64,000 bases of DNA from Myxococcota bacterium. GTDB taxonomy: Bacteria > Myxococcota_A > Polyangia > Nannocystales > Nannocystaceae. Positions 7,989 to 21,791 of this stretch are shown piece after piece. The notes under the pieces are model-generated. The model was given only the letters and a program-made list of their open reading frames with translations. It was not told the origin of the DNA and made no database searches. Position 1 is the first letter of the stretch. Every line of letters starts with the position of its first letter. Where the stretch lies: positions 28,151 to 92,150 of the forward strand of contig JBCCHT010000030.1 of assembly GCA_039028615.1 (NCBI GenBank), given 5' to 3'. The position numbers were made by a program, and so were the translations under genes.

Positions 7989-10421
7989 CTAGCTCGGGAG
8001 CTCGGGGAAGAACAGCAGGGTCTTGTCGGTGGTGGTGGTCGGACCCACCGTCACCGGGCGACCGGCGCGGAAGATCCACTGCACGGTCCACTCGTACTCG
8101 TCCTGCCCGGGGCCGCCCCGCGGCACTCGCCAGTTGAGCGGCTCGGTGGGCGTGCTCATGTAGACCTTGTCGAGCGAGCCGTCGATGCCGTCGGGCGCGT
8201 TGGGGTAGTCGAGCTTGACCCGAACGCCACGCAGACCGTCGGCTTCGAAGTCGGTGGCGACGTGCACGGTGACCTCGAGCATGCCGTTGGTGAACACGTC
8301 GCCCACGTTGAGCTGGCTGTCGCCCGTGGTGCCCTCGCGCTTGCCCACCGTGCCGTCGCGGAAGAAGTAGTTGATCGAGTACGTGAACTGGACCGGATCG
8401 CCGGACGCGGGGTTGGGCACGGCCCAGCTGCCCGAGGGGCTGCCCGGGGTGAGCTCGAAGACCTTACTGCTGGCGCTGTCGTCGGCGCCCGTCTCGACCT
8501 CGACCACCGCCTTGGTGTAGCGACCGAGCGGATCGAGCAGCTCGAGGCGCAGCTCGGTGATCCCCTCGGGGTTGGCGTCGAGCAGCACGGTGTCGGAGCC
8601 GAGACGCTTGAGCGCCTCGACCTCGCGACGGGTGCCGTCGGTGTAGTGCCAGGTGCCCTCGACCTGCCAGTTTGCCGCCCGGGACCCGGGACGGATGGGC
8701 ACGTCGACGGAGGTAGAGCCGGACTCGAGCTTGAAGGCCCGACGCTCGGAGCCGAACACCACCGCGCCCTCGAACAGGCGGGTGCGCTCCCAGTCGACGC
8801 GGCCGGCCTCGACCTTGGCGAAGACCATGGGCGAGTGCGCCTCGGGGTCGACCTCGAGGTGCCGCGTGGTCGTCGGGACCCAGTCGCTGACCGTCTGCGA
8901 CTCGTCCTCACCCAGCGCGAAGCCAGCGACGTGGTTGAGGGTCACGCGGTAGCTGATCTCGCGCGAGCCGTCGCTGTCGACGGCGAAGCTATAGGCGTGC
9001 TCGCTCTCGTCGGACTCGAGCACGGCCTCGGAGGAGCGCACGTCGGCGCTGCCGTACTTGACCTCGACGATCATCGAGGAGATGCCGCGCTCGTCGAGCT
9101 TGGCGTTGGTGCGAACCTTGCCGGAGATGTCGCGGAAGAAGGGGTGATCGAGGTCGGCCTCGAGCACGAGGCTCTTGGGGTCGACCGAGCCGCTGAGCGC
9201 GCGCAGGGTGCCCTGCGGGGCGAAGGAGCGGGTCGCCGCCGAGCTGCCCTTGGTTTCGTAGGTCACCGTGCGCAGCTCTTGCTGCTGCAGGCGCCGCAGC
9301 ATGAAGCCGGCCTGGGGCCGCCCCGCCTGGTTCCAGCGCTCGACCGCGGTGGGCTGGCGCGGCGTATTGGAGCCGCTGTTGTTGCCCGAGCCGTTCCCGG
9401 CGTTGTTGCCCGAGCCGTTCCCGGCGTTGTTGCCCGTGAGCCCGCCGCTGACGTTCGCGGTGCCTTCGACGACGTTGCTCTCGCTCCCCGAGTTGCCCGA
9501 GTCATCGCCCGAGCCCGGCGGGGTCAGGACCAGCGGCGTGGTGAAGCCGGCCGTATTGCTCGTGGCGTCGGTGGTCGCGTCGTAGATCGACATCGTGCCG
9601 CGATCGGCCGCGAGCACGGTGCCGGGGTTGATGGACGGCGAGAAGAAGTTGCCGGCCGCCAGCTCTTTGGCCAGGGCCTCGAGGCGCGTGCGCTCGGCCG
9701 CGACCTTGTCGGGCTCGAGCCCGACGAAGTCCTCCTGCTCGATGACGATGGCCTCCTCGCGCTGGAGCTTCTCGAACTCCTGATCCATGTCCGCCTTGAA
9801 GACCAGGGTGTTGGCCTGAAAGCGGTTGCGCAGGTGGTTGTAGGTCTGCTTGAAGTCGATTTTGATGTTGCCGCGATAGGTCGGCAGCATGCCCTTGAAC
9901 TGGAGGTCGTAGACCACCGACACGGGCAGCGCCCCCGGCTCGAGGATGGCCGCGCGCATGATCAGCGCCCCGCGGTGGCTCAGCTCCACGGAGAATGTGG
10001 CCCGGTTGTCACCATAGAGGGCGGGCTTGGCCGAGCCGATCACGCTCTCGATGAACAGCGACGCTTCTTCCTGGCCTTGCTGAAAGCCCAGCGTCGACAG
10101 CCGCACCGAGCCCCCCTCGAGCTGCACGGGCGAGACCGAAGCCGTGCCGCCGACTCGACTCGACAGCTCGGACTCGAGCTCTTCGATCTTGCTCTTGCTG
10201 ATCCCGAGGTCGACCGTCAGATCGAGAAAGCCACCGCCCGGCGCATCACCATCGCTGCGGTCCTCCATGGCCTTGCGATAGACGACGAGTCGAAACGCGA
10301 TGCCGTCGCCCAGCTTGGCGATCCGAGGCGCACCCGGCATGTAGTAGAAGAGACGCGGGTTGCTGTGGTCGCGGTAGACCACGATCCCGCCAAGCTCCAT
10401 GGGGCTGTCGAGAGAGAGCAT
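7989..10421 (-). CDS. large hypothetical protein (810 aa), no signal peptide, central Asn/Gly-rich low-complexity linker
   Basis: long ORF with protein-like composition; GNNAGNGSGNNAGNGSGNN linker; no recognisable catalytic motif. Confidence 0.6.
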   Translation of the reverse strand: MLSLDSPMELGGIVVYRDHSNPRLFYYMPGAPRIAKLGDGIAFRLVVYRKAMEDRSDGDAPGGGFLDLTVDLGISKSKIEELESELSSRVGGTASVSPVQLEGGSVRLSTLGFQQGQEEASLFIESVIGSAKPALYGDNRATFSVELSHRGALIMRAAILEPGALPVSVVYDLQFKGMLPTYRGNIKIDFKQTYNHLRNRFQANTLVFKADMDQEFEKLQREEAIVIEQEDFVGLEPDKVAAERTRLEALAKELAAGNFFSPSINPGTVLAADRGTMSIYDATTDATSNTAGFTTPLVLTPPGSGDDSGNSGSESNVVEGTANVSGGLTGNNAGNGSGNNAGNGSGNNSGSNTPRQPTAVERWNQAGRPQAGFMLRRLQQQELRTVTYETKGSSAATRSFAPQGTLRALSGSVDPKSLVLEADLDHPFFRDISGKVRTNAKLDERGISSMIVEVKYGSADVRSSEAVLESDESEHAYSFAVDSDGSREISYRVTLNHVAGFALGEDESQTVSDWVPTTTRHLEVDPEAHSPMVFAKVEAGRVDWERTRLFEGAVVFGSERRAFKLESGSTSVDVPIRPGSRAANWQVEGTWHYTDGTRREVEALKRLGSDTVLLDANPEGITELRLELLDPLGRYTKAVVEVETGADDSASSKVFELTPGSPSGSWAVPNPASGDPVQFTYSINYFFRDGTVGKREGTTGDSQLNVGDVFTNGMLEVTVHVATDFEADGLRGVRVKLDYPNAPDGIDGSLDKVYMSTPTEPLNWRVPRGGPGQDEYEWTVQWIFRAGRPVTVGPTTTTDKTLLFFPELPS

Positions 10422-10686
10422 TGGAGGCCGTTTGATTGGGGGTCGGCAGAGACAGGGGCCGCAATCCGCAACGGACGGGCACCCAACGATGGCGTCACCC
10501 TAACACCTCGAACCGAGTCTTGGGGTATCCACGTTTTCGCCCGCGACGTTACGCGGTTCCGTGAGCGAATCCATCGGCCGGCTAGTCGGCCGACATGCGG
10601 ACACCCATCGACTCGCCTACCGCCTCGTCAATGGCTATGGCACTGTGTGGCGCAGGCAGGGTAGTGGACCCGGCCGGGAGGTACCG

Positions 10687-12462
10687 ATGGCAGCTGTCGC
10701 CTCGCTAGTGGTCAGGCTCAAGACTTCGGGGAGTTCGGGCTCGAGTACGGACGACTGGGTCTACTTCGGAATCGGTACCCGCGAGTGGCTGCTGGATACC
10801 GACCGCGACGACTTCCAGGTCGGCCAGACCGAGACCTTCACCCTGCGGGTCTCGCCGGGCCTCGACACCTCGCACATCCAGGCGATCCAGCTGCGCAAGG
10901 TCAGCACCGACGGGTGGAAGCCCGAGCAGATCGAGGTCTTCGTCAACGACGCCAACATGACCGGCACCCCGCTTTATCGGGGCACCATCGACATGTTCCT
11001 CGATGGCGGCGGCGGGGCGGGGCTGGGCTATGGCCTGTGCTGGGAGGCCCCCGACTACACCGGGATCTTCGCCAACCCTACTCCCTACGCCCACGCCACC
11101 GATCCCGCGGTGACCTCCCTCTCGGTCGAGATCAAGACCGCGGCGGGGGCCGACAGCGGCACCGACGACGACGTCTACTTCAACGTCGGCACCCGCGAGT
11201 GGCTGCTCGACAAGCCCAGCCACAACGACTTCCAGCCGGGCCAGACCGACACCTACACGCTGACCAACTTCGGCTCGCTCAAGCTCAGCCACATCCGCCG
11301 CATCGCCCTGCGCAAAGAAGGCGACAACGGCGTCCAAATCGAGAAGATCAAGGTCACCATCAACGGCACGGTGCGCCTCGACGAGACCATCAATCGCTGG
11401 CTCGACGGCGGGTCGGGGGCCGAGCTGCAGCACGGCAAGTTCTGGGCCTCGCGCAACTTCCCGCACCCCGCCCCCGCGCCCATCGAAGACGCCATCACCG
11501 AGCTGAAGGTCACCGTCAGGACGCGGGACGTCGAGCACGCCGACACCTCGAACTACGTCTACTTCAACAACGGCATCAACGAGTGGACGCTGGGCGACCC
11601 GGCCAGCAACTACGGTCGCAACTCGAGCCAGACCTTCACCATCACCAACCTCACCGGGGTTCGGCTCTCCGATTTCCGCCAGCTGATGATCCGCAAGGAA
11701 GGCGGCAACGGCTGGGGCCTCGGGCACGTCAAGGTCGAGGTCAAGATGGGCGCGGTCAGCCGCACGCTCTACGACGGCTCCACCCGGATCTTCCTCGACG
11801 GCGCGGGCTCCGACTCCTCGAATCGACACGGCCTGTACTGGTCGGCCGCCGACTATGTCGTGCGGGTCCCCCTGCACTGCCACTGGGTCACCGGGCCCGT
11901 CGCGGGCGGCGTCACCCCGCGGCGTTCACAAGAAGCCAGCGCCGAGATCATCCGCAACCTCGGCACCGCCGCCTACCGCCAGGGTATGGGCGGCAGCAAC
12001 GGCTACTGGCACCAGGCCCGCGCGCAGTTCCACGTCATCGGCTTCACCCGGGCGCTCACGACCAACGCCAACGCCACGGTCATGTCCGACACCAACGACA
12101 ACTTCGCGATCATCGGCACCATCGCCGCCGCCAACAACGTCGCCAACGTCATCAACGCCTACTTCGTGCGGGCCACCAATACCGGCTCCAACTGGAACGT
12201 CCCCGCCGCCAGCTCCATCTGGGTGCAGGACACCCGAGGCGGCGCCACCGCCAACACCGGGGCCAACTTCCGCATGGTCGCCGTGTCCACGGCGCACGAG
12301 CTGGGCCACCATTTCGGCCTCAACCACGCCGGGGTCAAGCGCTACCTGATGACGGGGACCGGCACCAACCAAACCTCTCAGCTGCTGAACTTCTCGACCG
12401 GCGAAGACACCACCGCCCACACGGGCACCAAGAACCGCTTCGGCGCCACCGCGGGCCCCTAG
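10687..12462 (+). CDS. three tandem PLAT/LH2-like domains fused to a C-terminal minimal metzincin-type zinc metalloprotease domain
   Basis: GGGAGG RBS before ATG 10687; three ~100-aa repeats (VVRLKTSG..DDWVYFGIGTREWLLD; VEIKTAAG..DDDVYFNVGTREWLLD; VTVRTRD..NYVYFNNGINEWTLGD); HELGHHFGLNH encoded at 12295-12327, possible Met-turn RYLM. Confidence 0.8.
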   Translation: MAAVASLVVRLKTSGSSGSSTDDWVYFGIGTREWLLDTDRDDFQVGQTETFTLRVSPGLDTSHIQAIQLRKVSTDGWKPEQIEVFVNDANMTGTPLYRGTIDMFLDGGGGAGLGYGLCWEAPDYTGIFANPTPYAHATDPAVTSLSVEIKTAAGADSGTDDDVYFNVGTREWLLDKPSHNDFQPGQTDTYTLTNFGSLKLSHIRRIALRKEGDNGVQIEKIKVTINGTVRLDETINRWLDGGSGAELQHGKFWASRNFPHPAPAPIEDAITELKVTVRTRDVEHADTSNYVYFNNGINEWTLGDPASNYGRNSSQTFTITNLTGVRLSDFRQLMIRKEGGNGWGLGHVKVEVKMGAVSRTLYDGSTRIFLDGAGSDSSNRHGLYWSAADYVVRVPLHCHWVTGPVAGGVTPRRSQEASAEIIRNLGTAAYRQGMGGSNGYWHQARAQFHVIGFTRALTTNANATVMSDTNDNFAIIGTIAAANNVANVINAYFVRATNTGSNWNVPAASSIWVQDTRGGATANTGANFRMVAVSTAHELGHHFGLNHAGVKRYLMTGTGTNQTSQLLNFSTGEDTTAHTGTKNRFGATAGP

Positions 12463-12479
12463 GAGAAACGACTCTCGCC

Positions 12480-12980
12480 ATGCCGACCATTCCCGAGCAA
12501 GTCCTCGAGCTCCTCAGCGCCGACCACCTCACGCACCAGGACGAAGCCGCCGTGCTCGCCCTGGGCAACGACGCCGTACAGACCCTGGTGAGCTACGCCC
12601 GCGGCCAGCACCCCGACGGTCGCGGCGACCTGCGAAGCCGAGCCATCAACGTCCTCGGCTCCAGCAGCGACGCCGCCCACACCACCTTGCTCGCCGGTCT
12701 GCTGGCGAGCCTCGAAGAAGAAGATCGCATCCGGGCTCTCATCTCGCTCGGTCGGCAGGGCACCGACGCCGCCATCGCCAGCATCGAGCAGTACGGCCGC
12801 GGCTCCGGGGTGAGCGACGTCGAGTTCGTCTTCGCCGCGCGGTCCATCGGAACATCCGGCAACGGCCAGGCCGTCGCTGCCCTCGGGCGCCTCAGAGGCT
12901 CCCGCACCTTGGAAGGCGAGCTACTCGCCGAGTTCAACGCCATTCCCGGAAGCGGCAGCGGCAATACCGGCATCGCCTGA
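12480..12980 (+). CDS. hypothetical protein with HEAT/armadillo-like helical repeats (166 aa)
   Basis: ATG 12480 preceded by aggag; repeats such as LLAGLLASLEEEDRIRALISLG; 3' portion of longer alternative-frame ORF 10785..12980. Confidence 0.55.
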   Translation: MPTIPEQVLELLSADHLTHQDEAAVLALGNDAVQTLVSYARGQHPDGRGDLRSRAINVLGSSSDAAHTTLLAGLLASLEEEDRIRALISLGRQGTDAAIASIEQYGRGSGVSDVEFVFAARSIGTSGNGQAVAALGRLRGSRTLEGELLAEFNAIPGSGSGNTGIA

Positions 12981-12991
12981 AGGAGGCTCCC

Positions 12992-13681
12992 ATGTCCAAC
13001 CATCAGATCCGTCCCGACATCGTCCAGAACCTGCGTGGCTTTTTCGCCAAGCAGTATCCCAACGCCACCATCACCGCGCAGAGCGTCCCCGGCCTGCAGG
13101 TCCTCGTGGGCGTCTACGACACCTACGCCGGCTCCGGCTTCTCCCGCTACGACGCCAACTGGGTCCCCGCCTTCGCCCTCAAGGCCCTCAAGACCAACCT
13201 CGGCACCCCCGACACCGCCGAGGCCCAGCTCATCGCCGCCGGGGGTGGCACCGCGACCGCGTCTACGCCCACGACACCCACCCCTGCGCCCAGCGACGGC
13301 GCCGAGCCGCCGGACTCGCCCGTCGACAATCGGCCGCCGCTGAGCATCGCGGCCACCGAGTTCGAGGACAACGGGTTGTTGTATCGGCACGAGGGGCATC
13401 AGGCGATCCGCGAGGTCCAGCTGCGCAAGGGCGGCATCTACTGCGTCGCTCGGGTGCCGCATGCGTCGACGGGGCTCACCGGGAATGCACCGAGCCCGCA
13501 GGCGATGTACGAGCTGGTCTATGCGGTGCCGCGCGAGGGGACGCGGGTCGATCCGGTCTTGCTGCACCGGGCGCGCATCGAGGACGCGACGGCGCCGACG
13601 CACATCTTCTGCTTCTTCGAGGCCTCCGGGGGGCATGAAGACGCGGACCGGATGAAGCTCGTCGACGCCCGGCAGCAGTAA
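12992..13681 (+). CDS. hypothetical protein (229 aa) with Thr/Pro-rich linker
   Basis: strong RBS gaaggagg before ATG; no family recognised. Confidence 0.6.
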   Translation: MSNHQIRPDIVQNLRGFFAKQYPNATITAQSVPGLQVLVGVYDTYAGSGFSRYDANWVPAFALKALKTNLGTPDTAEAQLIAAGGGTATASTPTTPTPAPSDGAEPPDSPVDNRPPLSIAATEFEDNGLLYRHEGHQAIREVQLRKGGIYCVARVPHASTGLTGNAPSPQAMYELVYAVPREGTRVDPVLLHRARIEDATAPTHIFCFFEASGGHEDADRMKLVDARQQ

Positions 13682-13691
13682 CGGCCCCGAG

Positions 13692-13745
13692 CGCGGCTAC
13701 GGCACGTGAACCGGGAGGATCTCGAACCGCACGCCGTCGTCGGTT
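13692..13745. repeat. left copy of 54-bp direct repeat (duplicate of 3' end, including stop codon, of gene 16044..16421)
   Basis: cgcggctacggcacgtgaaccgggaggatctcgaaccgcacgccgtcgtcggtt; 52/54 identical to 16039-16092; reverse complement encodes ..GTDDGVRFEILPVHVP*. Confidence 0.8.
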
Positions 13746-14096
13746 CCACGTCTCCCCGGACGCAAGAACGGGCGTCTATCCAGAATCGGCGATGTGGCGT
13801 TCGATCCCGCTCGGCGGTGCATGCATCGATGAGCGCGGCCGAGGCCGGCCCTCGCAAAAGCAAGTGTAGCGCCCCGCGGTGTTTAATGCCTGGACTCAGC
13901 GTCCAGGTCGCGACCGTGCATCCGCCCGGCCGTTCTGTCTGGCTCAAACAACCCCGCTGGAACCGAAACCCCATTTCCGCATACAGACGCTACGAAAAAC
14001 TCGTCTTGGATTGGTCACTTCGGGCCACGGTGGAGATCTCATCCCTACAGTTCCAACCACTCGGCCACCACATCACCCCTGATATATTTATATTAG

Positions 14097-15920
14097 GTGG
14101 TCGAATCTAGTGCACACCATGACCTCGCAACACTTCTGCGATCGGGCGCCGGCAAAGACATTCTCTCGGGTCTCCGTGGTGTAAGTCTCGCAGAGAACAA
14201 CCTCCAGGGGGCTGACCTCCGAGAAGCTGACCTCCGAGAAGCTGACCTCCGAGAAGCTGACCTCCGAGAAGCTGACCTCCGAGAAGCTGACCTCCGAGAA
14301 GCTGACCTCCGAGAAGCTGACCTCCGGCGAGCTGACCTTGCTGGAGCAGATCTCCGAAGCGCTCGACTTGCAACAGCAGATTTTCGAGGAGCCAACCTCT
14401 ACGCCGCTGATATCAGAGAGGCTACTCTGTCCAATATCAGTGCCCCGGGCGATTCTTCATATCGAGGAATCGCAAAATTCCAAGGCTGTAATCTTCACAG
14501 AGCAAATCTGAGCAACACAGATCTTTCCTTCGCCAGCTTCCATGGAGCACTCCTCTACCAGGCGAACCTTCACTCGACACATGGATATGACCCGCAATTC
14601 CAAGGCGCGGATCTAGCTTTTTCACAGATCCAGAAGGTCAAGTGGACAGGAGCCAACCTACAGGGCTCCAGGGCATGCTATTCCTTCATATACAAATCTG
14701 AACTAAGAGAAGTCAACATCAGAGGCACAGACCTACGGAACGCACTAGCACTCCGATCCGACCTAAGCCGAATTAACACACGAGGCACAAGGACAGAAAG
14801 CTCCGTTGTCGACTTCCTCTTCGGAAGGGCGCTTTCTCGGAACCCCAAGAGACGAATCTCAGAGCTCGCAGGACGTCTAGTACTCGAAAAGAGGGATGAC
14901 CAGTTAGAACAAATACGCCTAAGCCTGAAGAACCACTACCACAAAGGCGAAGATCTAAACAACGAAGAGATTCACTGGTTTGACCTCGAAGGGAACGACT
15001 ATACTCAAGCGGACTTCGAGGGGGCCTCATTTTCAGGCTACAATTTCCGAAACGCATGCCTCACGGGAGCCAATCTCATCAGGGCCAATCTTCGAGGCGC
15101 AGATCTTCGAGGTGCAGACCTTCGAAACGCGAAACTCTCCTTTGCAAGCCTACAGGGCGCGAATCTTGAAGGTGCGGATCTGGAGGGCGCAGACCTGGGC
15201 AACGCAAGCGTCGCTGGCGCGGATCTTCAAAATGCCTGTCTGAGAGCCTCGAATTTATCCGGCGCGGACCTTCGCGGAGCAAGCCTGGAAGGAACCACTC
15301 TCGAGGCAGCGAATCTCGACAACGCTGACATCCGAGACATATACACCGACAAGCACACATTGTTCGCGGCGAGCTCCCTCGATGGGGCAGTGATCAGAAG
15401 TTACACAATCGTAGATGTCGACAACATATCCGACCGTCAGAAGATACGACTCAACATCCATGACTCCCTCGCAGAGCTCAGGAGTGACTACTCTGGACTC
15501 TGGCTTTGGTTTCACCTAATAGCGCTCATCGCGTTCCTATCGCCGTACCTGTCCTTTATCGGCCGCGCCCTCGCGCTCTCGGCCATAACCCCTCCATCAG
15601 AGGGGGCTCATTCGCTCGCCTTTGAGCTCGGATGGTACATATTGTCCGGCGGCGATGGAACGCATGAAATCAGCGCAAAGTTCTACTTGTTCATTATTGG
15701 GATTTTGTACAACGCCATCCGAGGAGCATTGCTCTACAAAACCCACTCGCTGATGCTTCAGCAGGAGATCTCCCAGCTACCACTAATGTACATACTAGAA
15801 AATGACTACTGGTGGAACCTAGCGCACAAGACCGCAAGAACCATGTTTCGGATCAACCTCTTTATCGTCGCAGTTCATTTGCTCATGTTTTTTCAACAAC
15901 CCGTGGTACTAACGCTCTAG
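14097..15920 (+). CDS. pentapeptide-repeat protein with C-terminal multi-TM domain
   Basis: A(D/N)LxxA repeats across ~400 aa incl. ADLRE x8, ANLRGADLRGADLRNAKL; C-terminal hydrophobic helices; GTG start uncertain. Confidence 0.8.
   Translation: MVESSAHHDLATLLRSGAGKDILSGLRGVSLAENNLQGADLREADLREADLREADLREADLREADLREADLREADLRRADLAGADLRSARLATADFRGANLYAADIREATLSNISAPGDSSYRGIAKFQGCNLHRANLSNTDLSFASFHGALLYQANLHSTHGYDPQFQGADLAFSQIQKVKWTGANLQGSRACYSFIYKSELREVNIRGTDLRNALALRSDLSRINTRGTRTESSVVDFLFGRALSRNPKRRISELAGRLVLEKRDDQLEQIRLSLKNHYHKGEDLNNEEIHWFDLEGNDYTQADFEGASFSGYNFRNACLTGANLIRANLRGADLRGADLRNAKLSFASLQGANLEGADLEGADLGNASVAGADLQNACLRASNLSGADLRGASLEGTTLEAANLDNADIRDIYTDKHTLFAASSLDGAVIRSYTIVDVDNISDRQKIRLNIHDSLAELRSDYSGLWLWFHLIALIAFLSPYLSFIGRALALSAITPPSEGAHSLAFELGWYILSGGDGTHEISAKFYLFIIGILYNAIRGALLYKTHSLMLQQEISQLPLMYILENDYWWNLAHKTARTMFRINLFIVAVHLLMFFQQPVVLTL
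14211..14330 (+). repeat. perfect 15-bp tandem repeat gctgacctccgagaa x7 plus one imperfect unit, encoding (ADLRE)n
   Basis: direct reading of sequence 14211-14330; in-frame inside pentapeptide-repeat gene. Confidence 0.9.
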
Positions 15921-16038
15921 TGTCACGATAGATCTATCATCAAAACCAACGCACACGAGGCGAGAGTGGGTCAACGCAGCGTCAGTGAGTATAAGAGTAT
16001 AAGGAAATAGGCAGCAACGCCGAGGGCCTGTTTCGATC

Positions 16039-16092
16039 CGCGGCTACGGCACGTGAACCGAGAGGATCTCGAACCGTACGCCGTCGTCGGTT
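16039..16092. repeat. right copy of 54-bp direct repeat (true 3' end of gene 16044..16421)
   Basis: cgcggctacggcacgtgaaccgagaggatctcgaaccgtacgccgtcgtcggtt; encodes ..HETDDGVRFEILSVHVP* on minus strand. Confidence 0.8.
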
Positions 16093-16421
16093 TCGTGCAC
16101 GCGGGCGCTCAACGCCAGGTCGCTCGCACCCGACTCCACCGTCCATAGATCGACGAGCACGTCCCAGTGCGTGCCCATCCACTGCGAGACCGAGGTGCTC
16201 CATGTCGCCTCGGGCAGCGCGACGAGCGTCTCGCCAAAGTCGGCGACATAGTGCTCGATCTGCGCGACAGCCCTCGCATCGATGGCCACCGAGGCCACCC
16301 GCGAAAGAGCGTAGTCACCTGCGGCGAACGCCTCCACCACCTCGCCGATGACCGACCGCCATGCACTCGCCACCGGGCGCGCACGCTCTTCGTCTTTGAA
16401 GGCAGGTTCGGCCGTCCGCAT
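16044..16421 (-). CDS. hypothetical protein (125 aa); its 3' end is the duplicated islet boundary
   Basis: ORF 16044..16529, start chosen at MRTAEPAF (16421); no family recognised. Confidence 0.5.
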   Translation of the reverse strand: MRTAEPAFKDEERARPVASAWRSVIGEVVEAFAAGDYALSRVASVAIDARAVAQIEHYVADFGETLVALPEATWSTSVSQWMGTHWDVLVDLWTVESGASDLALSARVHETDDGVRFEILSVHVP

Positions 16422-16435
16422 CGTCGACCGCGATC

Positions 16436-16915
16436 TTAGTCCACGCTCCCGGTCGGTTCGAGCAAGCGCTGATCCTCGCGCTCCGCCCGGCTCCGTAGGG
16501 GCATCAACGCAGCGTCCAGCTCGGGCCACGCGTTCGCGATCGCATCGTCACCAGCCTCCAGGAGCGCACCGAGTTGCGAGACCTCGAGGCCACCGACGCC
16601 GTCGTAGCTGTCGCAGACATCGAACAGCTGCCCCACGAGATCGGGCTTCGTCACCCCGACTCGCTCGCCGCGGAGCACGATGCACCCCGCGAGCAAGTCG
16701 CCGTAGTCCTCCGGCAGCATCCTCTGTGCATCTACCAGCGCTCGACTCAGGCAAGCTTCCGCAGTCTCGCTCGTCTTGCACAGGCTCAGCTCCAACAACC
16801 AACTCGGCGAGTCTTCCCGCTCCGAGATCCGAGCATCGACCCACTCCACGAGCGTGGCCACGCTCCACAGCTCGGCGTCGACGACCGCGAACAAGGCAAC
16901 GAGGAGGTTCTCCAT
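16436..16915 (-). CDS. hypothetical protein (about 159 aa), upstream partner of 16044..16421
   Basis: ORF 16436..17053, start chosen at MENLLVAL; stop 12 bp before next start; acidic, no family recognised. Confidence 0.4.
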   Translation of the reverse strand: MENLLVALFAVVDAELWSVATLVEWVDARISEREDSPSWLLELSLCKTSETAEACLSRALVDAQRMLPEDYGDLLAGCIVLRGERVGVTKPDLVGQLFDVCDSYDGVGGLEVSQLGALLEAGDDAIANAWPELDAALMPLRSRAEREDQRLLEPTGSVD

Positions 16916-17096
16916 GGGTTGGGCGCAGCCCGCTTGAAGGGGGGCCGCTCCCCGATACCATCTGCACGGCGAACGCCCCAGGACCCGGGAACAACCCACT
17001 GGCGGACCATCCACGAGCCCCTCCTGACGCCGTCCTGTCAGGAGTCTCGCCAAACCGCTTGAAGCGCCCGGGCGGGGGTCGCAAGCTCAAACTCCC

Positions 17097-21773
<4,677 letters not shown>

Positions 21774-21791
21774 GCGGCGTCGGGTCGCCCT

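Larger units (their letters stand above)
13692..16092. mobile_element. low-GC genomic islet bounded by 54-bp direct repeats (att-like), carrying a pentapeptide-repeat membrane protein; no integrase or transposase inside
   Basis: visibly AT-richer interior (13746-16038) versus ~70% GC flanks; flanking direct repeats duplicate a gene 3' end. Confidence 0.5.

Noticed and set aside
5243-8137. 964-aa plus-strand ORF
   Set aside because: Spans three independently supported genes (secreted protein, YD-repeat protein, start of the 810-aa gene) and is Arg/Pro/Gly-rich, so it is a GC-driven open frame.
8262-10664. 800-aa plus-strand ORF
   Set aside because: Antisense shadow of the 810-aa minus-strand gene, with low-complexity Gly/Ala/Arg composition and no motifs.
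10785-12980. 731-aa plus-strand ORF
   Set aside because: Alternative frame over the PLAT-metzincin gene. Only its last 166 codons (12480-12980, with RBS and ATG) look like a real gene.
14211-14330. Possible CRISPR-like array
   Set aside because: Repeats are 15 bp, contiguous without spacers, in frame inside a coding sequence, and encode ADLRE pentapeptide units.
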